DNA of 64,000 nucleotides from Callorhinchus milii. Lineage: Eukaryota. Positions within the stretch are counted from its first letter, which is position 1. The number at the start of each line of letters is the position of its first letter. The DNA is taken from NCBI RefSeq assembly GCF_018977255.1, contig NW_024704743.1:47432001-47496000 (forward strand). Reading direction: 5' to 3'. Below, one piece after another: positions 47,996 to 62,425 of the stretch. A model generated the notes under the pieces. That model did no database searches. It saw only the letters and a program-made list of their open reading frames with translations, and was not told the DNA's origin. A program made the position numbers and the translations under genes.

Positions 47996-49086
47996 TAGAA
48001 GGCAATTTTTCCCAGAGTCTTTTCCAACAATCCTCCAGGTAAATTTATTCACCTCCAGCCTGCTCATGAGATACTGCTGTGTGTAAATTGACTGCTGTGT
48101 TCATCCTCACATACAGTCACTATACTTAACAGCAGTTCTGTAAAGTGCATTGAGATGTTTCAATGTTACAGGTACAAATTATCTGCCCATTTTGTATGCT
48201 GTTTCTTAATCAAGAGAGTTGGCAGCTGACCAGCTCCTACGAGTCTGGATCCAAAAAGAGACATGCGAAGGTGGCCCTGCTGATTTTCTCCTCCCTTCCC
48301 TCCATATGGAGTAAGTCTTTGTCCTGGCTTGTGTCTCTCCTCTTGGCAACATAGGCTGAGATAAAGAACTCCCTTTGTGGATAATTGTAGCTGTAAGTTT
48401 ACCACCTACTATCCAATTACATTTAAACATTGCTGCATTCATTCTGTCTAGACTGAAACAATAATATTCTACCTACCTTCTACCCTGCCAATATCTAAAT
48501 CAGGCCCGTATCCAAGCTCTCCCATATTGAAATGCTACCTTTGTTTTGACTAAAGATGTTTCCTCTCACAACAAAAAAAATTGTCGGTATGTCCTATTTA
48601 TTTGAAAGAAGTATAGTGTCAAATTTGTGTTAGTTTTCAAATGTTCAGTTACTACCAATAGGTGGGGCACCCTTCTCCAGGTAAGTGGTATTGCCATCTC
48701 CTAGTGCACTCGACTCATTCTTTATATCCTTATAAGAAAAAAAATTTAAAATAATAAAGAAAACGCTAGAAATGAACCCAAACTGACTAAAAATTACCAG
48801 GGAGAAATTCCACCTGGGTCGATATTTACTCTACTTATCTTAGATCACCCAGAATTTGGTAAATGCGTAACTTCAGCCTGAATTTTGAAGCCAGTTTTCT
48901 GGCTGCAGGAACTTCAGGCAAAAAGCTTGAAAGTTACGACTGAGCTCAACAATTTGCCAAATTCTGGACAGTATAAAATTCTGTATAAATAGAGTAAATC
49001 TGGAATTTTTTGTCTTTTCCAAACAAAATGGTTCAAAAAACAATGGAAGTGACTATGTGCCATTATTGGTGCACCCCTCTCCACAG

Positions 49087-51330
49087 ACTCGTTCCAGGGC
49101 CTTGAAAAGGAAAGGGATGTTGGGAGATGGGGCGGTAGGTGGGGAGCAGGGATGGGTCCAGGGAAGGTTTTTTGAGGCTAGGGATGATGACGGCTATTTT
49201 TAAGGGAGTGAGAATGGTGCAGGTAGACAAGGAGAAGTTGATTATGTCTGTGAGTAGAGGGGCAAGTAGGTGGAGCTGGGAGGTAAGGAGAGGGGTAGGA
49301 ATGGGGTTGAGAGAGCAGATGGTGGGTTTCACATGAATCATAATTGTGGTGAGAGAGGAGGGGAGACAAGTTCAAAGGTGTGGGGGGAGGGATGGGTAGG
49401 GGCTGAAGTGTGAGGGAGAGATGGGGAGTGGGTAGCAGTTCGAAGGACATAGGCGGCTGAACGGATCCTCTCGATTTTGGTCTCAAAGAAGTCCAGCAGG
49501 TCCTGGTAGTTGGAGGCGGAGGAAGGCTGGGCGAAGCAAGAAAGGTTGGGCAAAGGAACCAGATGCTGGTGGAGAAGAGGAGCCTGGGGTTGTCCTTGAT
49601 TATCTTGGAGTAGGACGATTCAGTGGAGGCGATGGCGGAGTGGTAAGTTTTGATGTGGTCCAGCCAGATCTGCCGATGGATCATTAAGTTAGATTTGAGC
49701 CAGGTGCATTCGACAGCACCTGTGCCTTGAGGGAGTGGAGGTGGATGATGCACCAGGGTGACTTGAATGAGTAGGAGTCAGTTCAGGAGATGAGTATCCA
49801 AGAAGGATAAGTCATTACGGGAGGAAGCCCAGAGGGGAAGGAGTTCAGACGAATCCAGGGCAGCGGAGAAGGAGTGGGGAGCGATTGTTTTCCAGGGGCA
49901 GTAGAAGATGGAGGTGAGTTGGGTGGTGGTTGGGAGAGGGATTGAGGAGTTAAGGGAGATGAATTAATGATCCAAGATGGCTTTGTCGGTGATGGTGAGA
50001 TCTGAGATGCTGAGACCCCAGGTAATCACCAGATCAAGCGGGTGTCCATGGACAGTGGCAATGGACATGGGTAGCAGAGTGGATGTGGAGGGAGAGGTTG
50101 TGTGAGGAGAGGAGGAAGGAGAAGTCAGCGGAGATAGAGCAAGAGGTGGTGAAGTGCATGTTGAAGTCGCCTAGGATGAGGAGGCATTCAGAACAGAGCA
50201 GAAGGAAGCTAGGAGGGAGGAGATGTCAGAGAGGAAGGTCGGGGAGGGTTTGGAGGGATGATAAAGAAGAAGAATTTTGAGGGAAAGATTGAAGGGATGA
50301 TAGAGGTAGAGGGTCAGGTGCTATAAAGGAGGGGAATGAACCGGAGGAGTAGAGGGATAGGGCAAGTGAGGAGTTGGAGATGAGCCATACCATCACCACA
50401 GTGTTTATGTCATGGAGTATGGTGGAAGGTATAGCCGGGTGGTGTGGTGTAAGTTCAGGGGAAGCTGTCGCCTGGGGTGATCCAGGTTTCCGTGAGGGCC
50501 TGTATGTCAATATTTCCATAAACAATGAGGTCGTTGACGGTGAGGGCTTGTTGGAAAGGGAGCAGACATTTTGTAGGGCGATGCAGAGGAGGCAGTTGGC
50601 AGAGAAATGTGCGAGACGAGATGGGAAAGGAGAGGATTGACAGGGAGGGTGGGAATGTGGATGAGGGAGGAGAGATTTGCCCCCAGGTCTGGGGCCGGTG
50701 GGCCTTGCGTTGATAATGGGGATGAAGCAGTCAGTGTGACTGCTGCTGGACAGCCAACAGCAAGTGCCATGGTGAGCCCGACGGAAGATTCCCATGCTGG
50801 AGCAAAGGGAGGCTGTGGGATGGTCAAGTGGGGATAACAATAATAATAATATTCCTTGCATTTGATATAATGCCTTATCATGTCTTCAAGACATCTCAAA
50901 GGGCTTCACAGAATATACTGTAAAGTGAATTTGACTGTATATTTTTTGGGCGGCAAGCAGCAGCCAATTGCGCACAGCAGTGTCCCACAAACAGTCGTGG
51001 ATTTAGTGACCAATTTATTATTATTATTTTGTTTTGAATGAATTATTACCCCCGGAAAAGCGATCCACCAATCGACTAACAACCAGGTTCCTACTTACTG
51101 CTTGGCAAACAGGGACGTTTGGAGTAAGGAAACGTGCCCAACATTTCGCCCTGTCAGGAATCAAACCCAGGTCTTTTGCTTGCGAGGCGAGTGCTCTAAC
51201 TACTGAGATACAGAACTCCATGGATGGAGGGAGAGAAGGACAGAGCGGGAGTGATGCAGGGTAGAGGTCAGGGGTTGGGGCATTTTGGGGGAGAGCAGCT
51301 TGGGTTGTGGGCCAAAACGCGCAAGCCGAA
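49087..51330 (-). mobile_element. L2 LINE 5' portion: APE endonuclease and linker, 3'-truncated
   Basis: Minus strand gives CIALQNVCSLSNK, LTETW, ILGDFNMHF, VHGHPLDLVI, then DLLDFFETKIERIR and KIAVIIPSLKKPSLDPS..YRPIS. Frameshifted and interrupted by the SINE at 50837-51222. Confidence 0.85.
50837..51222 (-). mobile_element. SINE family A, full length
   Basis: Complete head, central block, tail and (TTA)n. Confidence 0.9.
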
Positions 51331-51407
51331 GAGACCAGTGTAGACCAGTCAGAGACCAGTGTAGACCAGTCAGAGACCAGTGTAGACCAGTCAGAGACCA
51401 GTGTAGA
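51330..51407. repeat. 21-bp minisatellite (agagaccagtgtagaccagtc) x3.7
   Basis: Exact copies at 51330, 51351 and 51372, with a partial copy at 51393. Confidence 0.95.
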
Positions 51408-54400
51408 TATACTCTATTTATGCAGCATTTTAGAATGTCCCTAATTTGGAAAATTGTTGCACTCAGTCGTAATTTTGAAGTTGGGTTTCTGCAGTTCTTA
51501 AAATAACTGACAGAAAACTGGCTCCAGATACAGGCTGAATTTAAGAATAATGGCATTTCACAACTAACACTAGAAGCGCTAAAATGTCAGAAATTCTACC
51601 ACTATACCTTTCTTGCTTTGGAAATGTATTCACTAAAGTTGGACCTGTGTATTCTCATGCACAACATCGGAGTCCTGGCTGTTGAATTAACTCCACACAA
51701 TAACAAGTTACAGTAGTGCAAAAAAATCCCTTAAAGTAGCCTCAAAACACATGGCAGGTACAAAATACATCCAGGTTTCCTCAGTCCTTATTGATACAAA
51801 CGTAAAGCATAATTATTGTATATGGCAACTGTACAGCGATGAAGGTACAAGAAACCTAAAAATATGAAAAGTGTTTAACTAACTGGACAAACAAACTATT
51901 GCAGTAATGGACGTTACACAAAATTATCGCGTGTGTGCAAACACCACACATACATGATGGACTCTCAGTTAAAAAAAATCACATTAACTTTTTAGGAGAG
52001 GCGGTTATGCAGAGCTCTCTAGAGACTTACAATTGGAGCAATCAAGATTTAAGTGAGCCACAAGCAGACAGGTTTCCAACTGTAGGAGAAATAAATTGCA
52101 GCAGTAAGTTATGAGATGCCAGCATTTTTTTTCAGTTTTATAACTGCAGTTTTTCTTCTCCAACTTGTGAAAAGTTTGCAATGTTAGTAAAAGGGTTTGT
52201 TTTGCTCCAACTTTCTACCTCATTATGCTGCTCCGTGTTTACTGATAATTTTGACTGACCTGATGTATTTGCTGATAGTGAAGATGTCCACTGTTTCTGA
52301 GTAATATTTAATATATATCCCTATTTAATAATCAATCGTGAAGTGCTTGCAGGAGATTTGAAATAAACGATGCTTTGACAGAACCCCAAAATAAAATTCT
52401 AACATTGTTAAAACAAACTGCACTGAGGCATTTTAAGCAGCAGCTGCAGGCCAAACAAGGGGGATTCCAGGTGCTAGATGTATGAACGTGTATTCACGAA
52501 CTCAGATTCCAATAATGCCTTCCAGCAGCTGTTGCCCCAAGCCTCAGAGTTTCTTCATCAGCTATCTAGCGGACATCTGCCTTCAGCATGGTGAGGACCT
52601 ATACAGGACAGCTTGTGATGTGCCAGCCACCTTAATTGTCTCCAGATCCAAGTCCAGTGCCATGTACTAGATTTACTCAGCACTAGCTGCTTAATACAGG
52701 TTCTCATGTGAGGGGTGTTGGCAAATAGAAGTGCCCGCTGTGAAGCCGCCTCCGCCTCCAGAGTACTTAGTGACAGGTCAGTGTAGGCCAGAGCCCTCCT
52801 TCCCTACAGGCTCTTCCCACGTTTGCCACAGATCCACCTCTTTGCTTCTCTCTACATCACTAATAGGTAATATTCCATGTAATGAGCAATGAAGTATTTG
52901 AGTTTTTAATGAACCACGCAACTGCTGTTTTATTTTCTAATCCTCCTTCTAATTGTGGGGTGTAAATTGTGTCCTGTGATGCCTTAATTAACACCTGTGT
53001 GACGTCCTCCGAACATGAAAGGCGCTAAACAAATGTGATTTGTTGTTGTTGTGTGCTAACAGACACAATGAAATGTATGACCTATAAAGAATTGACACAA
53101 TGACTGGTCCCTAAGTCTGCAGGGAGTAGACTCCTCTCCGTGAAAACTATTCCCAATGATTGCACTGAGAAGCTGATACCTCACTAATCAGCAGTTCATT
53201 CATGATTTGTGAAAGGGAGGCCAAAGCATGGTTGCTTGGCCTGGCCACTGAAAAGGGTTTTGGAGGTCCATCTCCAGCAGAGTCAGGGCCAATTGATATG
53301 ATAAATACCACTAGGTCAATAATTTCAATTGTATGGGTTTATTAGCAGCAGAAGTGCTAATGAACGCATCACTTATCACAAGCTTCATTCCATCATGGTT
53401 CTGTACGCAGCTTCAATTAAAACTGCTGAAATAGGTTCTTTTGTTTTACAAAATTGGAGACAAGCCTAACAATGTGAAATTTACTCCTTTTTCCCCCTTC
53501 TCTTTTCATTCAATTTTCTCTCTTTACCCATTTTCCTAAAAAGATGTGAAGATATTCTCCCACGACTGACAATCCATTAACTGTCTTACCCAAGTTGTTA
53601 TTCTTCAAGTTTGAGTTGAACAATCAATGTTTGTTGCCTAAGACTGGTGCCCAACTACAGAAGGAGGCAAGAGCACTCAATCAACAATGCAGAAATCAGA
53701 AGCAAAGGGATGAAGCTGTATGTGAGTAGTATTCCTACATACCTCTATCTTAAGGAGTAAGAGGCTCAAACTATTATTGACTGACTAGTGATTATAGCAA
53801 CTTGCATTTATATAGTGGCCTTCACATCTCGAAGCTCTTAACAATGGTGGAGCTTGATGCGGAGTCAGGGAGAGCGGGGAGATGTTTGCACACAGGTCTT
53901 GTATGCAAGCTTGACCTGCAATGACACCTTGCTGTCCTTGAAAAGAGATGAGCATGACCAGCGTGCCCCTCGCGCCATCTCAGTGCGGTCCTTCAGGACA
54001 GTGACCAGACTGAAGTTGGTGCTCACCACAACTCCAAGGTAAGAGTCAACGATTGGGACTGATGTCCTCTGTATCTTCCAATCAATTCCCTCGATGTCTG
54101 CACTTGGGGGCGCCTACAAGCATGTCCCACTGGTTGGTCCAGTGTAAGGCAGCAACTAACAAGCCAAATGGGATGCCTGACTATATTGCCAAATCAGTTG
54201 AGCTTAAATCCCCAGAAGTCATACAACAGCTAGATAGTGCTATACCTTCCCACCCAAATTCCCCACATTGTTCTCTAAATTCCTATAGGGAGGATCATTG
54301 GGTAAGGATTTGTTGGGGAACTTTAAATTCCTATGTACCTTGAAATATTAGCACACCCAAAGCATTCTTTGTTGTTTGCCTACAAAATACACAGTCATTT

Positions 54401-55742
54401 TAGTTACTAGGTTAATGGACTATTATATGCTCTGAGCACGACTGGCTGCAGATTTGTTGGCTAGATTACCACCCTTCCTTTGGCACCTTACAGTGTCTTC
54501 TTCCCACATTCCTGTTGTATCCCCCTGGAACACTTCCTCTTCTGTTTTTTTCCATATTGGTAAATCCTATACATGCTACTGTGAACTGAAACAAGCATTG
54601 GCACCTTATACTATGGCAAGTGCTCCGGAGGTTGCAACAGGAACAGGCAATTCACCAGTTAGCTGCTAATCAGACTTTTAATTACTTGTAGATTAAATGA
54701 GCTCTATAATTTCCCCTTGGGAAAGATCTAATTATTCCCACTTTTAGTAAGCGTTTCCATTTTCTCCAGGCTTTTAAAACCAAAAGGGGATTTATAGCTA
54801 AGATAGACAACACATTTCTGACAAGCGATAAATCATGGTTCTCTACACTGTGCACTTAGATGAGCAAGTGTTCTGGGCTTAGAGATCTCTCACTGATGCT
54901 GACAGATAATTTGCAATACAACCATCAGACAGTTCCCTCTGCCAAAGTCAGACAGATTCAACTCAAGATTCCAAACCAGATTCTTCTCCTGCTATAATGC
55001 TCTGAAGGGCATGTCTTTAGTAGAAGGCACATGCTGTTGCTGCTCTGCTGAGAAATGTATCTTTATGCAGACAGTGGTTCTGGGAATGCATGCAAATCAC
55101 CACCTTTTAGCCTAAGGTAACATATTCCAAGCAATGAGCAACCCTCTTCTTTTGCACTTCACGACACTACAAGTTTAGTACTGTTGCCCTGCCTTGCATT
55201 TTCTTGCAAAACAATTATTTTCTTTAGAGAATCTTTTGATTTTGTGGATTGACCTGTGAGAAACATTGAAATCTCAGTATCTTTTCCTTTGACTCCAGCT
55301 GAGAACATTCTTGGTTGGTGAAGTTTAGAAACCCGTGGATTCCCCACACAGGCTTCATCACATCATGCTTTTAACAGTACACCCCTACCCAATGCATCTC
55401 CCTTACCATCCTTGCAATGGGAACCTAATTGCAATCCAGTTTCAGTTGACCGGTCACCTGAGGGACTATGTCCACAATTCATTAAATAAGTGAAGCAGTG
55501 TTTTAAATAGTAAATTCAAGAACACTTTTACAGTATGATAGGGGTCAAACAAAACCTAATTGTGATTTCTCATTCAAGAAAAAACATCTCAAAGTTTAAA
55601 AAAAGTAAGAAAATAAAAATGAACAAATGAAGGGAAGGATACTGAAAAGAAAAACAGGAAAAATGCTTAAATGGAGGGAAACATGGCAGTAAGTTTTAAG
55701 ATTGTAAAAAACTAAATAGAAAAAAGACTAGAATAAATCTTT

Positions 55743-56050
55743 TTAATAATAACAATCCTTGCGTTTGATAACATTTTCACATCTTCTAGACGTCTCAAAG
55801 CGCTTCACAGAATACACTACAAAGTGTATGCAAAACACAGCAGTCAATTTTGTTTGTTTCTTTGAAGGATTATTATCCCCGGAACAGCGATCCGCCAATC
55901 GACTAACAACCGGGTTCCTAATTATTGCTAGGTAAACAGAGGCATGTGGATTAAGGAAATTTGCCCAACATTTCGCCCAGGCCGGGAATCGAACCCAGGT
56001 CTCTCGCTTCTGAGGCGAGTGCTCTAACCACTGAGCTACAGGACTCCACA
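55743..56050 (-). mobile_element. SINE family A, near full length
   Basis: gtggagtcctgtagctcagtggttagagcactcgcctcagaagcgagagacctgggttcgattcccggc gives clear RNA polymerase III A and B boxes; internal deletion in the 3' half. Confidence 0.92.
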
Positions 56051-57974
56051 GCACTTTAGTGTATTTCTGTTTCCAGTTTCTTGGACAAAAGAATAATTGG
56101 AAGGTACAAAAAGTTTTGTAAAAATTATATTCACAACAATATTAGTACATATTTATCTAAAGAAAACAGATTAAACTCGGTGGCATTAAAATGATTCAGG
56201 AAGTAATTACTGAGTACTTTTGCACAGTCTATATTCTTTAGTATTTCAGCAACTTTCTGAAACAGACCATTTGTGTTATTCAAGGATGTCAGCCCACTTG
56301 CTGCTCCTCAAAGGAATGACATGACTCCTTTCAAAATATTAGAACCACAAGATTTGTTTGGACCCTATCTACATTGCAGTTATAATTCACTTCCCAAATC
56401 AAAATATAAAAATTTTAAAATTGTGTTTGTCATGAGAATACTATCAAAATAATTTTCTCCTTTTCGGTATATGTTCTGACGAGTAGAAAATAATACATGC
56501 TTGGAGGCTGAAATATTTACTAACAAGGAATGAATAAACCAGATAAGTTAAGTGATTTTCTGCGTCCATAAGCATTTTGGTAATTCTACTTTTATATTAC
56601 CAACTGGACTGCTACATCCATATTTCTAACTGTGTATTTATTTGCTTTTTTAAAAATAAAATTGCTGTAAGGACTTTATAAATGATCGATCCTATGTGAC
56701 AGAAAATGTACGTTTCCAAAGTCACAAAGAAAGTCCAGTGCACACCAAAAAATTAAAGGTTTCTAAGCTTCCTGTCGATGAATCAAAATCTCCATTTTCA
56801 GTACTTAAGAAAACTTGCTGTTTATTGTATGTCAAGCTCACAACCAGCGTTCACATTATGAACTGCAGGTTCCAGCCATTTATGACTAGGATTTTTATGT
56901 AGCCCCCGGGTATTCCTTACTGTAACTTCAATACAGATTGATTTCTGTGTTTTTTAGTGCAACCAGTAATATATCATGCAAAGACTTAAGGTAATGGAAA
57001 CCTTGCAACCCTGGTCCTCTCAACATAAATTGTCTGAATTAAAACATAAAACTGTTATCACAAAATACAAATAGATTACACAAAGCATTTAACTGTATTG
57101 CTGGGTTCCACTTTCTGGGGTGAAGAGCTAAATTATAAGCATTTAGATGACTTTAACTATTTATCTTTTCCAGGTTACCAATCATGTGAAGCAGATCTTT
57201 TCAAAGAGAAGGATTATGAATGTCAACCACAACATATTTCTTGGCATATTGATCTGCAATTTGCTCACATGAACATTTGACTTTATTTTTACTGTAAAAT
57301 CCCTCTATTCATCTCTTCTCATCACCCAAAGCACACACCATTTAAGCCTAAGAGGAGACTTGCTTCCAATGTCACACTAAATCAGCCACTTGCATTTGTG
57401 AAGGAGTGGTCCTAAGATTTCCCTTCCTTTCTTTGGTTAAAGTACTTACTCTCTGTTATGCACCTCCCCACAATGACACAGTTAAGATAAAGAACTCAAG
57501 GGAGTGTAGGAGGAGTGGGGGATGGAGCCTGCATCCAACAAGCTACCACAGGCGTTTAATGTGTATTTTATTTTATTGTTAAAACTGTCACTAATCAAGC
57601 AAAACTGCAGGGATGGTGGCTTTGAGATTATTTTCATAAGGCATTCCCTTTTTATATTTCAAATACATAAGAGCTCTGTGGGTTACATTATGCCAGATAC
57701 TGCACAAATTTCCAGGATACCCAGACAACTGGAACTTTTGGCCCATCCCGACACCTGTTTGTGGAGTGTTACACCATTCTAAATTGATATACAGTGATGT
57801 GGATACCGCATCAAGACACTAAGTCCAACCTCAGCACTGGCCCAGATACCTACTCCAAATAAAATTGAATTAGGAAAAATGCTGCCAGTTTTACTACTTT
57901 TCACCTCTGCTCTCAATGATGGTGATCGTCCTTTGATGGAACAGTTTGACTTCTCCAATTTCAATACCATCTAC

Positions 57975-58830
57975 ACATTGGTCTGAATGACAGCAAATTT
58001 CCTGCAGCTGAATGACACAGAAGCCATACTCATTGGCTCTCTTCAACATCTTCCCTCCTGCAGGTTTGAACTTCTCAACCTGCTTAAGCTCTCTCAGACT
58101 TTCCAAACCCTTGCGCAACTTAGGCATCGGGTTCGATCCCAGCTTTCCTTTCTACTCCACATCCGTTCCCTGACCAGGACTGCTTTCTTCCACCTCTGTC
58201 ACATTGCCCACTTCCATCCCTACCTCATAACCAATGCAACCAAAACCAATGTCCACGCCTTTGGCACTTCCCAGCTGGACTATTCCAATGCCCTCCTCGC
58301 TGGTCTCCCCAGCTCCACCATACACAAAATTCAACTAATTCAGAACTCTGCTGCCTGGATCCTCACCCACACAAAACTCTGTATCCTCATCACATCAGTC
58401 CTTGTCAGGCTCCACTGGCTCCCAATTATTGAACGGAGCGATTTCAAGATCCACTCTCTCATTTTCAAATCCCATCGTGCCCTCGCTCCTCCCTAGCTCT
58501 CCAATTTGCTTACACTCCCCCACCCGCTGCCTCCACTCGGCTGGCTCCAGCCTCCTGTTTGTCTCTCGTCCCCTCTGCTCCACCATCGGCGGCCGTGCCT
58601 TCAGCCACTATGCCCCGAAACTCTGGAACACCTTCCCTCAATCCCTCCACCTTGCCCCTCTCTGCCGACTTTCAAATCCCGCTTAAATGCCTTCCTTTTT
58701 GATTATACTTATGGTCACCTCCCCCCTCCCTCTCCCACTGGCTCGGGGTCAGATTCCACCACTGTCAAGTGCTCCGGGACACTACCCCGCATGAACGGCA
58801 CTATATAAATGCAGCTTGTCATTGTGGTGG
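57975..58830 (+). mobile_element. L2 3' fragment (tail type b)
   Basis: MTANFLQLNDTEAILIGS...AFFHLCHIAHFHPYL...LDYSNALLAGLP...LHWLPI..FKI; tail ggcactatataaatgcag. Confidence 0.93.
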
Positions 58831-59194
58831 TGGTGGTGGTCTACAGTATTTATTTGCTTCCTATGGTTTACATTGGATTATCATATCAAAGAAATATATT
58901 TAATTGCAGAAATCAGGCCCTTGGTAGAAATTTAAATCAATTTAAAAATTGATAAGTTTCTAGTCATTTGAAACCCTCCTGACAAAGTTTCATAAATGTA
59001 CTGGAAAAGCTTTGTAGATTATGTGTATTTAAACAACTGCATTCAAAACTCTCCACCTCAATCAGTAAAATGCTTATGAATCTAAACAAATTGTCCTAAT
59101 CTGTCATGGTAATCACCCAAAATGATGATATAGATGATATAGTAAGTGAAATAACAAAATACACAAAGTAAATACTTTGCATTAACACTTATTT

Positions 59195-59312
59195 TGTTTC
59201 ACCCACAAATATACGGTCAATTCACTTTACAGTCTATTCTGTGAAGCACTTTGAGATGTCGAGAAGACGTGAAAAGCGCTATATCAAATGCAAGGATTAT
59301 AATATATTATAT
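59195..59312 (+). mobile_element. SINE 3' tail fragment
   Basis: cccacaaatatacggtcaattcactttacag...gtgaaaagcgctatatcaaatgcaaggattat. Confidence 0.85.
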
Positions 59313-62019
59313 TATTCTACTGCACAAGTTACTTATAAACCTTGTACACATTTTCAGAGGGCAGCGAGCTTGAACAGAGAGCACACAGTAGTTGACAGGC
59401 TGAGTTATAGCATTTTCGAAATTAACAAGGGAGGAAAAATTTAAAAGTTCTGGAAGAAACATTTCTGGAGGATTTCCAAAGAAATGTTGGACAATGATGA
59501 CTTTTAGCCGTTCTAATGAATGTTCTCTGTCACTAGAAGAGATTCCTAGGGTATTACAAACTTTTCTTGGATCTGGCAAATGCTTTGGCAATCTCTGGCC
59601 CGAGTTGGGGCTGATGTCAGACCAAACTAATTTTAACTCAAAGCCAACACGCTCATAGCATAACGATTATGGGATGGTGCCAGTGTACACAAAATTTATA
59701 GCAAAACATTCAAGGGCTGCCTAAAGGTATTAAATATGACTAATGCAACACATCTCTCAGTAGTTAACAGTTCACGTACAATTGAGAGTCTCTGCAAGAA
59801 ATAAATGTTAACAAACAGCACAGTTTAACATAAATCACATTTGGTTAAATTCTGGACTGCAGGAATGTCAACTACTCCAGAGCCACACCAGGGAGATCCC
59901 TGCACTACAGGCTGACAAAAGAATGTATTGCATCAACTGCAATAAGATTCATTTACACTTGATTTTCTGATTAATCTTCATCTCAGTTTAGATGAAAAAG
60001 CACCATATAAAGAGTACAAAGTCATTTAATTTCAACTGAACTACTTCTTTGCAAATTGCAACTGATTATATCATGTTAACCTAAAATAGGCAACTTAGTT
60101 ATAACTTTCCAACAATTATTGTAAACCTCCAGATTCTAAACCTTAATTATAAGTATTCACTTACAAAATAGTCACTGCATTTAACAGTGCATCCTGCAAA
60201 ATGCTTTAAGACATCCTCCCAATGTGAAAGGCTCCGTATCAAAAGCAAGCGCAATGATTATTATAGATACTTTATACAAAATCAGTACCTTATCAACATA
60301 AAATGTAAAAGTTCATTTTCAATCTTTGTTTTATTAAAATAAGAACCAAATTTACCAAATGAATTTTATGATACATTTGACAAATACACGTCGTGCACAG
60401 ATCACTAAAATAGATACGAGTGCTTGCATCCAACACAATCATGTTATTGTTTCCTACTGATCTGATCTGTACTACACAATGCTGGCACACATACAGGTAT
60501 TTTTACTGCAAAGTATAGATTGATATTTTCGAAATAAATGAAATGAAGATAGTCCAATCAACTCCCTCTCTAAACCATTTTCAGTTTATTTAATCAGGCA
60601 CACAGTCATTTAAAATTTCACTTAATCCCATACCACAATCTGATGGAAGAGGTTGGTCCCTTATAATTCACAATTGGGTCTCGATATTTGCCAAGGGAGC
60701 GCTTGAGCAAAAGAAAAGTACTTTTTGAAGGAGAAAGGAAAAATTCATGGTTATGTTTTCCACCTGCCAAGGGGTTTGATTGCTTAAACCATAGAAAAGG
60801 CAGGACACTCATGAGCACAATTCCTGATGTTGAGCTTGAATCCGTAATCGTATGACCCAGAAGTGAGGGTGACAATGTGAGCCAAGCTGACAATATTTAG
60901 CTTCACGCAGATACTTTTTCAGCCCATGTAGCCCACATCTGGTGACCATAATCAAACTTTTGCCTTCTCTGCTCTCCTGCTAACCAGCTATGGCAGATGT
61001 TGTAAAAAAATTAAGTTGATGTTACGAAACTGTGAACACAATTTCAGCCTCTAAATGGTGGCCGTTTCACACAATGAAATTCATAAAGAGAGCATGAAAA
61101 TAATGACATACAATGCCCTAATTAATACCCAGTGGCTCAAAGAACGTAGCTTCTTCTAAAGCTAGGAACGCAATTATAGATCCATGACAAATTATTAAAA
61201 CACTCTACCTGCCCACAATTACTGTACAAACATTTATCCCCATTAATGGAATTTTCAACCTGATAGATAAAATCTTCCACATAGCACTGGATATCACCTT
61301 CCCTAAGCATGCTTATGATACTAGAGAACAATAAATCAAATTAAAATTGCACAGCAATAAAACTAAATTATAACTTTCATGCATTTTGTACAACATTTGA
61401 TACAAACAGAATACTCAGTGGTTCTGGCATTGAATATGGAATTGATTTAATTTGATGAGGACATAACTCACAAAATAATTTCTACTCAAAGGTAAATTCC
61501 ACATTAAAATTCCGCAAGACTTCACATTAAATATCCTCTATATATCATAGCCTTATACCATTTTTGTAAGAACAGTGAAAAAGAAACATTTTGTTGCCCC
61601 TTCTTCCAGGCATGAAGTGCTGCTTTCTCCGGATCTCATTATGTCGAAGGCCAGAGTATGTGAGTAATGAGTGTACAGCATAGCACTAGTGGCCAATTGG
61701 GGGGAAATGTGTGTAAGTGCTTAACTGTCAGCACTTACACTTACATCCTGCCTCCCTACAGTGGGACTCTTTCCAACTCTTGGAATGACGTTAGAGTAAT
61801 TATGTACAAAGAAACTGGTGTGAAAATAGTGCTTAAAAATCATAACCCAATTTATTGTACACTCTACAATCGCACATGCCAAAACTGGGACATGGAAATA
61901 CATATGGAACCCAGTAGCCAGAAGTTTTGGTGAAAGAGTAAGATTGACTTTTTTTAAAAATTTTGCCTCCACATCATTGCCAAACCCTGATTTCAGAACA
62001 GTTATGCCTAATATGGGAG

Positions 62020-62425
62020 ATGTGGAATCTCGTAGCATAGTGGTTAGCCCATTTGCCATGCAAGCCAGAGGGCCCGTGTTTGATTCCTGGCAGGGCTAAC
62101 CTTTAGGCAAGGTTCCTTACTCCACATGTCTCTGTTTACATAGCAGTAAGTTGGAATTCAGTTGTTAGTCGATTGGCGGATTGTTTTCCGGGGTTAATAA
62201 TCGCTTCAAAAATAAATAAATAAAATAATAATTTGGTCACTCAATCCAAGACTGTTTGTGGGACACTGCTGTGCACAATTTATTTTTCAACACACTGTTG
62301 TGCTGCATTTCGTTCATAAAATATACAGTCAATTCACTTAACAGTATATTCTGTGAAGTGCTTTGCGACATCTCAATGACATGATAAGGTGCTATATCAA
62401 ATCCAATGATTATTATTTATTATTT
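62020..62425 (+). mobile_element. SINE family A, full length, diverged
   Basis: gtggaatctcgtagcatagtggttagc...gtttgattcctggcaggg head; ggcaaggttccttactccacatgtctctgtttac central block; tail. Confidence 0.88.

Larger units (their letters stand above)
46905..48165 (+). mobile_element. SINE family B split by two nested insertions
   Basis: Head 46905-47037, central domain resumes ~47676-47735 (cgaatgagatgttaa...cccatggtgcta), 3' part ~47996-48165. Confidence 0.72.

Noticed and set aside
55975..56050. tRNA-Ala-like sequence (also at ~3545-3612, 7130-7202, 23855-23925, 32670-32745, 51150-51222, 62020-62095)
   Set aside because: These are SINE heads: the acceptor stem does not pair properly and each runs directly into SINE body sequence.
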